Below are positions 12,723 to 26,642 of a stretch of DNA of 64,000 nucleotides, in pieces. The DNA is from Octopus vulgaris (taxonomy: Eukaryota), in the NCBI GenBank assembly GCA_951406725.2, contig OX597817.1, positions 15,004,001 through 15,068,000 on the forward strand. The letters run 5' to 3'. The notes under the pieces were generated by a model, which made no database searches, had not been told where the DNA came from, and was given only the letters and a program-made list of their open reading frames with translations. A program made the translations under genes and the position numbers. Numbering within the stretch: position 1 is the first letter of the stretch; each line of letters starts with the position of its first letter.

Positions 12723-13109
12723 TTGGGATATACCAGCACAGGGTTCTCACACCATTTTGCATATTTTCATAACAAGTGATTTAGCTTGTCTGGCCTAGTT
12801 TTGAGTACATGGTATTGGTAAGTTACAAAGATGATGAAACATTAATGTCTACCACTCCTGGAACAGGACCTTGTATGAGTTATCTTGCTTGTCTATGGCT
12901 TCCAGGTGTTTTTATACCAGACATATTGATGAGAAACCATTCTCTCATGTCTATAAATTGCAGTCTGCCCATGAACTGGCAATACCCATATCTTGTGTAT
13001 GTGTTTGATATAGTTTATTGAGTTTAGGATATTTATTTTCTCTGTTGTGATTGTAGCCTTGACCAAAAAATGTAATTCAAATAATGAGTTGTTGATCTTG
13101 TAGATAAAG

Positions 13110-13420
13110 GAATATTAAATGGCACTTGTTGATTATGATGATGAGTGTTCCAGTTGATCTGATAAATGGAACAACTTGCTTGTGAAATTAACATGCAAGT
13201 GACCGAGCATCTCACAGACATGCATGCCCTTAATGTAGTTCTCATGGAAATTCAGCATGACACAGGATGTGACAAGACTGGCCCTTTAAAATACAGGTAT
13301 AACTCATTTTCGCAAGCAGAGTGGACTGGAGCAATGTGAAATAAAGTGTCTTGCTCAAGGACACAATGTCAAACTCGACCTTACAATCTTGAACAAAATG
13401 CCCAAACCACTAAGCCTCAC
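13110..13420 (-). mobile_element. tRNA/CORE-like SINE family E (second copy about 15610-15920)
   Basis: Reverse complement of GTGTCCTTGAGCAAGACACTTTATTTCACATTGCTCCAGTCCACTC; body shared with 15610-15920. Confidence 0.65.
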
Positions 13421-13789
13421 ACTTTCACCAAAGGAATATAGCAAGAATGTTACCATCCATCCATCCATCCATTTTCTTTGCCCGTTATTCCTAGGAAAGG
13501 TCGTGGGGGTAGAGTCCTTGGGCACATCCTCCATAGGGTTCTATCATAAATAACTATTATTAAGGTGGTGAGCTGGCAGAAACGTTAGCATGCTGGTCAA
13601 TATGCTTAGCTGTATTTTGTCTGCTGTTAGGTTCTGAGTTCAAATTCCACTGACGTCGACTTTGCCTTTCATCCTCTCGGGGTCGATAAATTCAGTACCA
13701 GTTACACACTGGGGTCGATGTAATCGACTTAATCCCTTTGTCTGTCCTTGTTTGTCCCCTCTATGTTTAGCCCCCTGTGGGCAATGAAG

Positions 13790-14000
13790 AAATGAGAAAC
13801 AACTATCATTACACTTTCTAACCAGATTCCCAAGTGTGACCAACTGAGATTATGGATATTATCCAACCATCTTATTCTTGGTCTACTTCTGGTTCTCCTC
13901 CCTGCTGGCTTGGCTTGAAGAAAGTGTCTTGTAATTCTTTCCTGCAACATTCTAATCACATGTCCATAATATCAGAGCTGTGACACATTGAGAAGTAGCA
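13790..14000 (-). mobile_element. RTE-type LINE ORF C-terminal fragment
   Basis: ..GHVIRM..AGRRTRSRPRIRWLDNI, matching the G(R/K)R.RGRP..RW.D C-terminal pattern of RTE elements. Confidence 0.65.
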
Positions 14001-15249
14001 ATTTCTTCTCCCATTTGTACCTGGTTTTCTTTTTCTTTCTCATTGTTACAAAATACCCACAGAGCTTTTGCATCCTGATTTCAGTCTTACCACTGTTGAT
14101 AAGAATAGCTCTCACTGACATAAAGTCATAAAATGCTGGTAATATACATCAGTCAAGTCACATGGATATCTCAATAATGTGTGTTTTATGGTAAATAAAA
14201 ACTGAAAAGGAAACTGACTTACTCTTTTACTTGTTTCAGTCATTTGACTGCGGCCATGCTGGAGCAGCGCCTTTTTTAATTGAGCAACTCAACCCCGGGA
14301 CTTATTCTTTTGTAAGCCCAGTACTTATTCTATCAGTCTCTTTTGCCGAGCCGCTAAGTAACGGGAACATAAACACACCAGCATCGGTTGTCAAGCAATG
14401 CTAGGGGGACAAACACACCCACGTATATATATATACATATATATGACGGGCTTCTTTCAGTTTCCGTCAACCAAATCCACTCACAAGGCTTTGGTCGGCC
14501 CGAGGCTATAGTAGAAGACACTTGCCCAAGATGCCACGCAGTGGGACTGAACCCGGAACCATGTGGTTGGTAAACAAGCTACTTACCACACAGCCACTCC
14601 TACTTGGTTAATTGGTAATACAATTAATGTTTACTTGACTTTTAAATGAGACCCTAGACAATCTGTCAGTTTGCCACGGTTGCACTAAAAAGACAAACAA
14701 GTTGACTTCTTCAAAAATAATTACAATTTTTGAAGTTTTTACAATTCAAATATTCTCTATAAACTCTTTTCTGCTTCTTGTCAAAATGGTGCCATCATTT
14801 TCCTTGTAGAAATATCAAGTAGCTTCATCATACAAGTGTTAAAGAAAACTTTTAAAGCCACACGGATGAAGGATAAACCTTTCTGTGCCTTGTTGTGTCA
14901 GCCTATCAGAGATGATATATGCATGAATCTGGAACCTATCTAAGAGAATTTAAGTAATTTAAAAGAAAATATTTTGACTAAACATGAAAGCCCTTTATTG
15001 CATTTGAAATCATAAGCAATTAATTTAATGCCTTATCATTTTAACTATTTTATCTCTGCTCAGGAAAAATAAATAATATTCTTCATTGTTATTTCTTATA
15101 TCGTAATAAAAATCTACCAGCTCCCATTTTTTTGTTGTCATCTTTCATTGGTAGTCACACTGGGTTACTACCTTTAAAAGTTTTACTCAAATATATCAAT
15201 CCCGGGCTTTTGTCTGGTACTTATTTCATTGAACTCAGGCAGACATTTA

Positions 15250-15540
15250 AATAAGGAGGGTTGATTTACCCTCCTTATTTTCCTGATTTGGCCCCATCTG
15301 ACTATTGCCTGTTCCCTAACGGGGAAAAACACTTGGCTAGGAACCAGTATCAGAATGATGACGTAATATTTGTTGTTAATGACTTTTTTGACCAACTGGA
15401 TGAAAGCTTCTTCACCATTGGGATGCAGGAACTGCAACATTGATGGACTGCAAAGAAAACTATGTTGAAAAATAAACCTCATTTGGTCATATTCTATGAG
15501 AGTATCTTGGTCAGCTTATGAACTATTTAGCTGACCCTCA
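15250..15540 (+). mobile_element. Mariner transposase C-terminal relic
   Basis: YPPYFPDLAPSDYCLF, a variant of the mariner YSPDLAP.D motif; stop codon and deletion downstream. Confidence 0.8.
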
Positions 15541-16125
15541 TAAATACTAAAGGATATCTCTGTTCAATACACATGTCTTTGTTAACTGGAAAAACAACCC
15601 CAAAAACTAGCACTGCATTGGTTACAATGACAAGTATTCCAATTGATACAATCAATCGAACAGCCTGCTTGTGAAATTAATGTGCAAGTGGCTGAGTACT
15701 CCACAGACACATGTACCCTTAATGTAGTTCTCAGGGAGATTCAGCATGATACAGAATGTGACAAGTTTAGCCATTTGAATTACAGGTATAATTTACTTTT
15801 TCTTGCTGAGCATACTGGAGCCACATGAAATAAAGTGTCTTGCTCAAGGAAACAACACACCGTTGGGAATTGAACTCACAATCTTATGATTGTGAGCTAA
15901 ATAGCCAAACCACTAAACCACATTGATATAAACACACATATACAAACATATGCAAACATAATCTGGAACTCGACTGAAGAAAGAAAACTTTGAATGACCC
16001 ATCCTTGTTTTATTTGTATCGTCTACCTGAATGTTTTGTTGTCTCTTTTTGCATCACCTAACTGCCTGGATGTTTTGCGTTCTAGTCCCATTTTGTATTT
16101 GATATATACATATATATATATATAT

Positions 16126-16389
16126 AATATTATATTAAAATAGAGATAAAAACCACTATTAGGCAAATCAAACAATGAAAAACTTAAGCCAATACATAAA
16201 ATTAATTAATTTATATTATTTTAAATATATATAAAAATTATTAAAAGTTTAATAAAAGATAATGAGTAAAACACTACGATCGTTTCAGGGCTGTCCAATT
16301 CATAATAATTCGAGTTATGGTTACAATATGTAACAATATGTAACAATATGTAACAATAGTGGTTTTATCTCTAATTTAATATAATATAA
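16126..16389. repeat. Inverted-repeat element, possible Penelope-like terminal relic
   Basis: ATATTATATTAAAATAGAGATAAAAACCACTATT (16127-16160) is inverted at about 16356-16388; internal TACGATCGTTTC. Confidence 0.45.
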
Positions 16390-19254
16390 CATTTTACTAT
16401 AAAATTGGATTCAATCCTAAATCTGATTTTTCCCTGTAAGTTTGGATTTATTTCCTAATATTTTATTATATATATATTGTGTCTGTGTGTTTGGTGGGAT
16501 TTATATGCACACACACACGCACACAACAGGCTTATGCATAGTTTCCATCTACCAAATTTTGTTCACAAAGGCTAAGACAGAAGACACTTACTAAAAGTGC
16601 CACAGATTTGATTGAACCTGAAACCACATGGCTATGAAGGAAAATTTCTTAACCACAAAGCCATACCATGAGTTGTGTAAAGGAACACCTGGATTCTCTC
16701 AGCTCTATAAATAAAACTTATCCAAGCTTCTACCTTGAAGATCTATAGCTGTACATATTAAGACTGAAAGACAACTATAAATACAAATATATTTTGTAAT
16801 TCCATCATTAAAATCAAGTTGCTATGCAAGCTCTTCATTCTCCCTCAAATTATAGAAAAAGCCCCCTTTGGTCATGAATGACCAATGGGATTGCACATAG
16901 AGAGTTACCCTCCAAGGCACAAGTCCGGGCAAGGTTGTTTATGGAAGACCAGCAGTTGCCCATGCATACTAGCCTCCCCTCTTCACGCCACTGATGTTAT
17001 CCAAGAGAAAGGCAAAGGCCGATACAGCTTGGCACCTGTGATGTCGCAACTCATTTCTACAGCTGAGTGAACTGAAGCAACATGAAATCAAGTGTCTTGC
17101 TCAAGAACACAGCACACAGCTCAACCCGGGAATCGAACTCACTACTTCATGATTGTGAGCACAATGCTCTAACCAATTCAAAAACAAAAATGATACATCA
17201 TCATCATCATCATCGTTTTACGTCCGTTTTCCGCGCTAGCACGGGTTGGACGGTTCAACCGGGGTCTGGGAAGCCAGGAGGCTGCACCAGGCTCCAGTCT
17301 GATCTGGCAAAGTTTCTACAGCTGGATGCCCTTCCTAACACCAACCACTCCGAGAGTGTAGTGGGTGCTTTTTACGTGCCACCAGCACAGGTGCCAGGGG
17401 AGTCTGGCATCATCCACGATTGGTTGGTGCTTTTAACGTGCCACCGGCATGGAAGCCGGTCAAGGCGGCGCTGGCATCGGCCACTAAATAATAAAGTCCT
17501 AAATATCTCAATAGGATAGTTACAACAGGAATACATCTGATGAACAGTCTACTCAGGATTGACTTGTATCTAAACAGCAATTTTGAATTCATATCACCAT
17601 TTTAATCTGTAGTGTGGATGGATGTTAAGGGTATAACTGCTACATGTAATAATATATATAAACACACAGTATTCTCTTTCCTACTAATGTATATTAAGCG
17701 CTTGAATGGGTTTTTTTACATGTGAAAGAATAGAACTGTGCATCCCATGTCCACATATACATGCGCGCATATATATTCATAGGAAATTGTTGAGTCACTG
17801 TAACTGCTGTATTAAGTTTCTTGAATTTAAACATTTTTTCAGGTGACACACACACACATACACACATGCACACACACACACACATACACACACACACACA
17901 CACGCACACTCATACACACATGCACACACACTCACACAATATATATATATATTAGACAAATAGACAGATATCACCTGAACAAATGTACAAATGTAAGGAA
18001 TTTGATACAGTGAATCATCAGTTTTCAATGAAAATTAGTATACGGGCATCCTTCTTATTATGGAAGCAATGCATTCTTGAAAATTTTGCCATAACATGAA
18101 GTTTATTTTCCCATTGATTTTCATGTTACAAAGTGAGAATGTGTTCCAGTGGAATTTTTGAAAAAATATTGAACAACAACACTAAAACAAACAATACAAC
18201 TAATATTATTCATGAAAATAACAATTTCTTAACATTCACAGTACAATATTTACACATAAAAATATTTGAAGAGAAATACATTAAGAAATAATTAAAACTT
18301 TTAATATCATTATACAGTATATTCTTACCTCCAGCATGCTCTATACTATTCTTTTCAGTCTTTTCTGATGATTGTCAGGGCTAGTTCTCAACTTCTCATG
18401 TGTAACCCAATTAGTAATTTAGCTATTATGAGACATATATATATAACCCATGCTAGCATGGAAAGTGGGCATTAAACAATGATGATGATGATGATATACA
18501 CATGTATACATACCTATTTCTTTATTACCCACAAGGGGCTAAACATAGAGGGGACAAACATGGACAGACATAGGTATTAAATCGATTATATCGACCCCAG
18601 TGCGTAACTGGTACTTAATTTATCGACCCCGAAAGGATGAAAGGCAAAGTCGACCTTGGCGGGATTCGAACTCACAACGTAACGGCAGCCGAAATACCGC
18701 TAAGCATTTCGTCCGACGTGCTAACGATTCTGCCAGCTCACCGTGGTATGTATACACATGTATACATACCACATACATGCATACATACATATATGCATAC
18801 ATACATACGTACATACATACATACACACATGCATACACACATGCATAGGCACACACACACACACACACACACTTACCCACACACATGTGCACAAATAAAC
18901 AAAAAGGAATGCAGTGTAACTAACGGACAGAGTCAAGACTATTGAAAATGTTGCAAGACGCAACGAAAATTTTAGGAAAATAAAAATAAGAAATAAGTGG
19001 AAATTTCACCAGTGAGTGTGTTAAATTATAAAGCACAAAAAGAAAATGACTCCCCAAACACAACAGAATATTATGAGACTATAATATCTTGTTTTAACAA
19101 CAAAACAATGACAACAGTAACAACAACAATAACAATAAGAGTACAAGACAAGACACAACAGATTGGTTGTCAGATTGGTTCATTGGAAGCTTTATCATGG
19201 ATAGACACAGGCAGATGTGAGAAATGGTATGAGCACCAACCGGAAAGGATTGCT

Positions 19255-19260
<6 letters not shown>

Positions 19261-19285
<25 letters not shown>

Positions 19286-19680
19286 GTTTAACGTCCGTTC
19301 TCCATGCTAGCATGGGTTGGACGGTTCAACTGGGGTCTGGGAAGCCAGAAAGCTGCACCAGGCCCAGTCTGATCTGGCAGTGTTTCTATGGCTGGATGCC
19401 CTTCCTAACACCAACCACTCCGAGAGTGTAGTGGGTGCTTTTTATGTGCCACCGGCACAGGTGCCAGACGAGTCTGGCAAACGGCCACGATCGCATGGTG
19501 CTTTTTATGTGCCACCGGCACGGGGGCCAGGCGAGGCTGGCAACGGCCACGAACAGATGGTGCTTTTTACGTGCCACCAGCACGAGGCCAGTCGGGGCGG
19601 CGCTGGCAATGGCCACGAACGGATGGCTCTCTTACGTGCCACCGGCACTGGTAACTCAGCTGCAATTTCCATTGATCGAT
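19261..19680 (-). mobile_element. (GAT)n-tailed repeat family C, 4 internal modules
   Basis: About 17 copies in the window share GGTTGGCGTTAGGAAGGGCATCCAGC and the tail CATGCTAGCATGGAAAACGGACGTTAAACGATGATGAT. Plus copies: about 24340, 24661, 38013, 38980, 40070, 42030, 45578, 49152, 49690, 51105. Minus copies: about 17197, 19261, 32895, 36233, 39221, 47310, 54155. Confidence 0.85.
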
Positions 19681-19684
19681 TTCG

Positions 19685-20020
19685 ATATCTTGTGGGACAC
19701 AACCATCCAAAATGACCATTTTATTGTAGCAAAAAACTGGACATTGTTGTCTTAAATAAGAAAAAGTACATAGCAATTATTGTGGATATTGCTTCTCTAT
19801 GGGACCACAGAATGAATGGGAAGGAAAGCAAGAAAGAGGAGAAATATCAGGAGCTGAAGTAGGAAGTCATAACACTATGGAGAATCAGGTATGTAGAAGT
19901 GGTACTGATTGTGGTTGGCACATTGGAACAGTTAGCTAAGAATTTCTATCAAAATGAAGCTGTTGCAGAAAATAGCCTTGTTAGGAACAACAAGGATACT
20001 AAGGAGGGTGTTAGAAAGTT
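19685..20020 (+). mobile_element. Degenerate restriction-like endonuclease fragment of a non-LTR element
   Basis: ILWDTTIQNDH..DIVV..IVDIA..KKEEKYQELK..LWR..VVLIVVG read across frameshifts. Confidence 0.6.
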
Positions 20021-20104
20021 GAAGTAGAAGAAATGACCTAAAAGAACTTTGCCCAATTTGCTCTTTTGGTATAGTGTTGGTAGAACGTCAGAAGAGCAAA
20101 AGCA

Positions 20105-22005
20105 TCAATGAAAACAACAACAACAATAATAATAATAATAAATTTTATGGGGAAATTGGCAAAAGTAAGATAGAAGTAAAAGAGTCACCTGAGACTGAGG
20201 AAATGGAAGAGTTCTGGAAGAAGATATGGAGCAACTAAAAAGAGTATAATGCTGAAACTGACTGGATAGAATGTGAGAAAGGGAGACTGGATGAAGATGG
20301 AGAGCAGAAATGGGAGGCAATAGGAATAGAAGAGCTAAGATGTGTTCTTAGAAAGTTTCATAAATGGAAACCCCTAGGACTGGACCAGATTCCAAAATTC
20401 CGGCTGAACTGTTTGACACACTCATAAAGGAACTCGAGCAGGAACAAACTTACAAATACCTCAGAATAAACGGGGGCTCTGGCATTCAACATACAAGTAT
20501 GAAAGAGAAGATCAAAAAGGAGTGTTATGGGAGAGTTTGAGCAATCCTAAAATCTGAGTCAAATGCACATAACAAGGTTTTAGCTATAAATTCCTTAGCA
20601 GTTCCTGTTGTTATTTACAGTTTCAATGTGTTGAACTGGAATATGAGTGAAATAAGGAAGACTAACAGGAAAATCTGTAAGCTGCTGACTTGGATTAAGA
20701 TGCACCACCCAAAGGCCAATACAGATTATCTTTACCTTTCCAGAGCTCAAAGCTTGATCCATTTTAAAATCTCCTACAAAATCACCAAGATTGGACTGGC
20801 AAGATATCTTGGAACATCTAACGACTGGATACTAAAGCTTGTTGAAAACTATGAAAGACGTAAGAAGTTTCATTCTGTTATGAAGGAGGGCAAAAAATTT
20901 TCAAGTGAGTTTATGCATAATACCCAGGTTGAACAGCATAAGGGAAGTGCAGCAACTGTGGTTGCAAAGAAGGAGAAATCAATAGCAAAGCAAAATGCAC
21001 TTGAACAATTGGCTGATAGGTGGGAATAAAAACCTCTGCATCGTAAATATGTGGCCTGTATCAAACAAGCTGATGTAGACCAGAAGCACACCCATCAGTG
21101 GCTATGGAGCTCAGGGCTAAAGACAGAGAGTGATGGCTTTATCTTGGCTGCTCCAAATCAGAGCTTATTGACCCAGAACTATTAATCCAATGTCATGAAA
21201 AATGCTGTCGACCCAAAGTGCCGATACTGCAATGATGGGATAGAAACAGTGGACCACCTAATCTCTGGATGTAAGGTTTTAGCACCTGTAGAGTACAAAT
21301 CAAGTCATGACAGAGTTGGCCAATATCTCCATTGGATAATGAGTCAACATTATAAAATCAAAACTGTTGGCAAATGGTAGAAACACAACTCTGAGGCTGT
21401 AACTGAGGGAGAAAATGTAACGATTCTTTAGGACTTCCTAGTATGTATAGATCAGACCATCAAGGCAAATAAACCAGATATTGTTGTGAAAGACAAAAGT
21501 AATAAAGTCTGTTTATTGATTGACATGAGCAAACCCTGTGATTATAATATCTTGGCAAAAGAATTTGATAAGCTCAGAAAATATAAAGATCTGCTAATTG
21601 AAATCAAAAAGATGTGGCATCTCAAGACAGTTACAATACCAGTGATTGTAGGAGCTCTTGGAATGATCAAAAAAGGAAAGGAAAATTATTTAAGAATGAT
21701 CCCTGGCTTACCATTCATACAGGAAGTGCAAAAGATTGTCTTAACTGGTACGTAACACGTATTGAGAAGAACATTGTCACTGTAAATTTTTTCCCTTTAT
21801 TTTATCTGTTTACTTTTCTATTTTTTATTTTTTCCTTTTTCTCTCTCTTCTCCTTTTTCTCTATCACATGACTCTATAAATGAACAATCTGGTGAGCTTG
21901 TTTTAATGGCCTGCCAATACAGTATGTTTCTTTGCGCTTGGTGTGAGGAAGACACTCGGCAAGAAATGGAAACAGAAATGAAAGATGCTAATGAAAATGA
22001 TGATG
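20105..22005 (+). mobile_element. R4/Dong-type RLE non-LTR retrotransposon, decayed and internally deleted
   Basis: CCHC knuckle CRYCNDGIETVDHLISGC; RLE motifs NKPDIVV..LLIDMS..KLRKYKDL..IPVIVGALG; multiple stops; ends in (TAA)n, the known target of Dong elements. Confidence 0.8.
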
Positions 22006-22011
22006 ATAATA

Positions 22012-22052
<41 letters not shown>

Positions 22053-22058
22053 TAATAA

Positions 22059-22133
<75 letters not shown>

Positions 22134-22134
22134 A

Positions 22135-22198
<64 letters not shown>

Positions 22199-22200
22199 GT
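22005..22200. repeat. (TAA)n microsatellite
   Basis: Directly visible. Confidence 0.97.
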
Positions 22201-22499
22201 AAGAAGAAGAAAAAGAAGAAGAAGCTAACCAATTTATTAAGTTGGTAAATTATATAAGTGCCTGTTTTTCTGACTCAAGGATTTTTAGACAACACACACA
22301 CATAGTTATAGATGCATATATACCTATAATATGCAACTGAGGCAATATTTTACTAAAATAGTCATCTATGTACCATATTTAATGTATACACACTGTTGAT
22401 AGGATAGTTACTGCAGTATTTGTCTTGTGATAACATCTCTTATGAACTTGGTATGTTAAAAACTTAATAAATATCAGAAATTCGGAGACGAAAATTCAG

Positions 22500-23740
22500 T
22501 TCAGCTCTGTCCAGCAAGAGTGTCAGATGCTTTTCGATCTCCAAAAGTATTGTTGACTCACACTTCATTTATTACACCTTCACACATAGCTTGTATAGTT
22601 GTCAAGCCATTCATGTATACTTAGTTTCCAAGGTAGAGATGGTACCTTGTCAAAGACCTCTTCAAAGTCAATGAATACCAAGTATTGCAGTCAACTCTTA
22701 GTCAAGTATTTCTTCTACAGTTGTCTTACTAGGAAGATTATATCAAAGGTACCTCCTCTAGGCATAAAGCTGATCCATGTTTTGTCTAAACCAGGGGTTC
22801 TCAACAATTTTTTTATCTATGGACCCCTTTGATTACCATTTTATTCAAAGTGGTATCTTTGATTACCATTTTAATGGTGGACCTCATAATCATTTGATGT
22901 TTAAAAACTAGTTCTATAGAATGTTATTTATCAATGTTTTTACACATAAATTTGTGTAGGTTGAACTATGTAAAATGTTAGAGAAAGAAAGCTAGCTGTT
23001 TCTTGCAATACATACCAATACATACATCTAAAGCAAAATTTATTCAGGGCCCCTTAAAATACTATTGTGTATCCCCAATTTACTATTTTGTTGTGTGGAC
23101 CCCCAAAAATCTTATATGAACCCTGGTTGAGAACCTAACTAACTCTGTTCTTGATCAATTATGCTATGATACTCTCTGTTACTTTTGTAGTCTGGTCCAA
23201 CAATTTGATGCTTTTGTAATTTCCTCTCTCTGAAACTTCTCCTTTACTTGGGTAGCAGTTTATAATGATACTTCTATACCACTCATTAGATATGATACCT
23301 ACCCACAATACTTGATTGTCACTGTACCTGGCTAGATATTTTGAGCATCTCAATCGCTATACCTAATGGGCCAGCATCTTTCCTTACCTTCATGTTCTCA
23401 ATCGCTTTATCTCTCCCACTATTATCAAATTGAATTGCTGGTCTCCCAGTAGAGTCAGCATGAGATAATCCCTGTTTATACCATTCATTCTTCCTGTTCA
23501 ACAGCCTTTCATAAAAGCTCTTCCATGCCTCTTTCTTTTCATCAAAGGCATTGGAAAGTGTGCCTTCATCGTTTTGAATGCCTTTGTTCACAATGACATC
23601 TCTGTTGTCCCTTATACATAGACTTGCAACTCTGAACATCTCATGTCTGATTTTCACATCCAAAATGTGCAAATTTCTCTTCTACTTCTCCCTTTGCTTG
23701 TATACCTGCCAGCTAACTTCCCTTTAAGCTATTTGATAAT
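22500..23740 (-). mobile_element. RTE-clade RT fragment interrupted by a MITE
   Basis: KAIENMKVRKDAGPLGIAIEMLK..KGEVSERGNYKSIKLL, then ..IFLVRQL..LVFIDFEEVFDKVP, with frameshifts. Confidence 0.75.
22792..23136. mobile_element. hAT-type MITE
   Basis: CAGGGGTTCTCAAC at the left end and GTTGAGAACC at the right; the right terminus is degraded. Confidence 0.6.
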
Positions 23741-26642
23741 GTTCTCTACTACTACTACTATCACATGTATATGTGATATCAGTAACTATACTATTAAATA
23801 CTTACTCTGTTTCCGCATAATCATATGAATAGATGCTAGCTATCTTCACTGGATATGAAGCATAAAATAGGAGATAAGAATATTACAGAGGGTATAAAAT
23901 GTGCCTTCTTATAATATTGTTCTTGTCTTATAAAGACAAAGGAGAGAACAACACTATTTCATGGGGAAATTCTGGAACACAAACAAGAAATGAAACTTTC
24001 ATTTACTGGAGAAACGCCATATAGTATACCATTTGACATGCACCTAAAATGAAGATAAGAGCTGGTACTTGTCAACATTTTTACTACTCATTAACAAAAT
24101 TAAAATGATAATTTTATTAACCTCCTCTTCATACATGAAACGTTTTTTTAATATTCACATCTGAACCACATTTTGCTTGTTCTACCACTGATCAACATCT
24201 AGTGCCGTATTCTACAGTGTGTACATTGTATGGCACTGTATTTAAACTAAGAAGCTTTATTTCTAATCTAAGGAGAGCCTTCTAAACTAAGGTCCCTAGT
24301 TTGAGTCCAAGACAGTTTGAGTACTGGTGACAAGTTAAAAGAAAAGCACCATCTGAACGTGGCAGATGCCAGCGTTGCCTGACTGGCGTCCGTGTCGGTG
24401 ACACGTAAAAGCATCAACCGATCGTGGCTGTTTGCCAGCCTGCCCTGGCCCCTGTGCCGGTGGCATGTAAAAAACACCCACTACACTCACGGAGTGGTTG
24501 GCTTTAGGAAGGGCATCCAGCTGTAGAAACACTGCCAGATCAGACTGGGCCTGGTGCAGCCCCTGGCTTCCCAGATCCCGGTCGAACCGTCCAAACCCAT
24601 GCTAGCATGGAAAACGGATGATTATGATGATGATGATATATATATATATATATATATATAGCCAGCCAGCCTCGTCTGGCACCTGTGCCGGTGGCATGTA
24701 AAAAACACCCACTACACTCACGGAGTGGTTGGCTTTAGGAAGGGCATCCAGCTGTAGAAACACTGCCAGATCAGACTGGAGCCTGGTGCAGCCTCCTGAC
24801 TTTCCAGACACCGGTTGAACCGTCCAACCCATGCCAGCATGGAAAACGGACGTTAAACGATGATGATGATGATGATGATGACATTCCATCATAAAACACG
24901 TGATGATAATCAGTGTTCAAACCAACTGAAACGTATAGATTACTTGTTATTCAATCAATGGACTGTGGTCATGCTGGAGCACTGCTTTGAGGAGTTTAAT
25001 TGAACTAATTTTCCCCCAGTACTTATTTTTAAGTCTGGTACTTTTTCCATTTGTTTCTTTTGCCAAACCCATAAGTTGCAGGGACATAAGCAAACCAACA
25101 CTTGTTGCTAAGTAGTGGTGGAGGACAAGTTTGCTTCCCACATGGTTCTGGGTTCAATCCCATCTCAGATAAGTATCTTCTACTATTACCTCAGGCTAAC
25201 CAAAGTCTTGTGAGTGGATTTGGTAGATGGAAACTGAAAGAAGCCCGTGTCCCCCACAACACACTTGACAACCGGTGCTGGTATGTTTACATTTCGTAAC
25301 TTAGTGGTTCAGCAAAAGACACCGATAAAATAAGTATCGGGTTTAAAAAAGAAAGTACTGGGGTTGATTCCTTCGACTAAAATTTTTCAAGGCGGTACCC
25401 CAGCATGGCCGCAGTTTAATGACGGAAACAAATACCGGATAAATGATATATACGACAGGCTTCTTTCAGTTTTAATCAACTGAGCTTCAACACGGTTTAT
25501 CAAAGTCACTGACAAGGCACAGGTTGACACAAGGCTATAGTAGAAGACACTTCCCCAAAATAGACGCAGAGGGACTGAACCCGAAATCAGGTGGTTGGAA
25601 AGCGAGCTTCTTAACCACATAGACATGCCAACGTCTCGCTCTAAAATGAACGAATAAATAAATAAATAATGCCTTAAAACCCTAAACAATAATTTAAAAT
25701 AAGTTACATGCTTATGGATTTGTAAAATTTTGTTCATTGTTTTTCCTCAGTGCAAGAGTGTTTTTAGGTTCGTATGTACTTGCGATTTGCTTAGTACTAA
25801 AAAAATTTCTGCTGTAATTCTATTAACACCAAGGAGGCATTATAAAACTCATCCTAGTACTTGATTGGTGCTTTATTTTCTTAAACCCGGAAGGGCGAAA
25901 GTTAAACATAATTTGAGCAGAATTTGAACGCAGTCAATTCGCGCCACCAGCTAAAAATACCAGTTAAAATACTCCATTCTTTAAAAAGGGAAGGAAGCAC
26001 TGGACTTTGTAGTCTTAAAAAAAAAAAACCCAGGTGGATGATCACGTCTGGAAAGCCTTTGATTATAAATCCGATCCACCAGAGCTATGGCTATTACTGA
26101 GTTAAATAACAACTCATCCATATCGCCTTCTCTCTATACTTAGTGCCTCTTTAAAGTCGCAAAATAGTTCAGTAAATTGAACTTCAGCATATTACAATTA
26201 TTTAATTCTACATTAAAAGAATTGACGCTGAAACTCGATTCATTACGATAAAGCTTTTATAACTGCTTTGTCTGTATGTATTTATTAGCTTTCAATTTTT
26301 TTAGTTATCTTTTAATATTATCATTTAGACGGAAATTTATAATTATTCTAAATATTGATATCATACACAGGTTCTAAAGAAAATCAGAAAAGTATATCAG
26401 TATTTTTCATTCCCTCACAGGACACAATTTTGCCTTTATATCACTCCTCCCCAATTTTCTTTTTCTTTTCAATACAAATACACATCTTTTCTCGAGTTTT
26501 ATGTACTAATAATTGAATTGTTCTTATGCCTGATCAACCGTTTTCGAGGCTTTCAAATCAACTGAAATTACACATTATTCAATTCTATTTACTTCCTTCC
26601 TTACATCACAACTTTGACAGACGAATCGTCAGCTTTTTATAT

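Noticed and set aside
17082-19776. Recurring ORFs such as LQLDALPNANHS and MRNWYLIYRPRK
   Set aside because: They are translations of repeat families A and C, not a gene family.
21903-22248. Poly-Asn and poly-Leu ORFs
   Set aside because: They come from the (TAA)n microsatellite.
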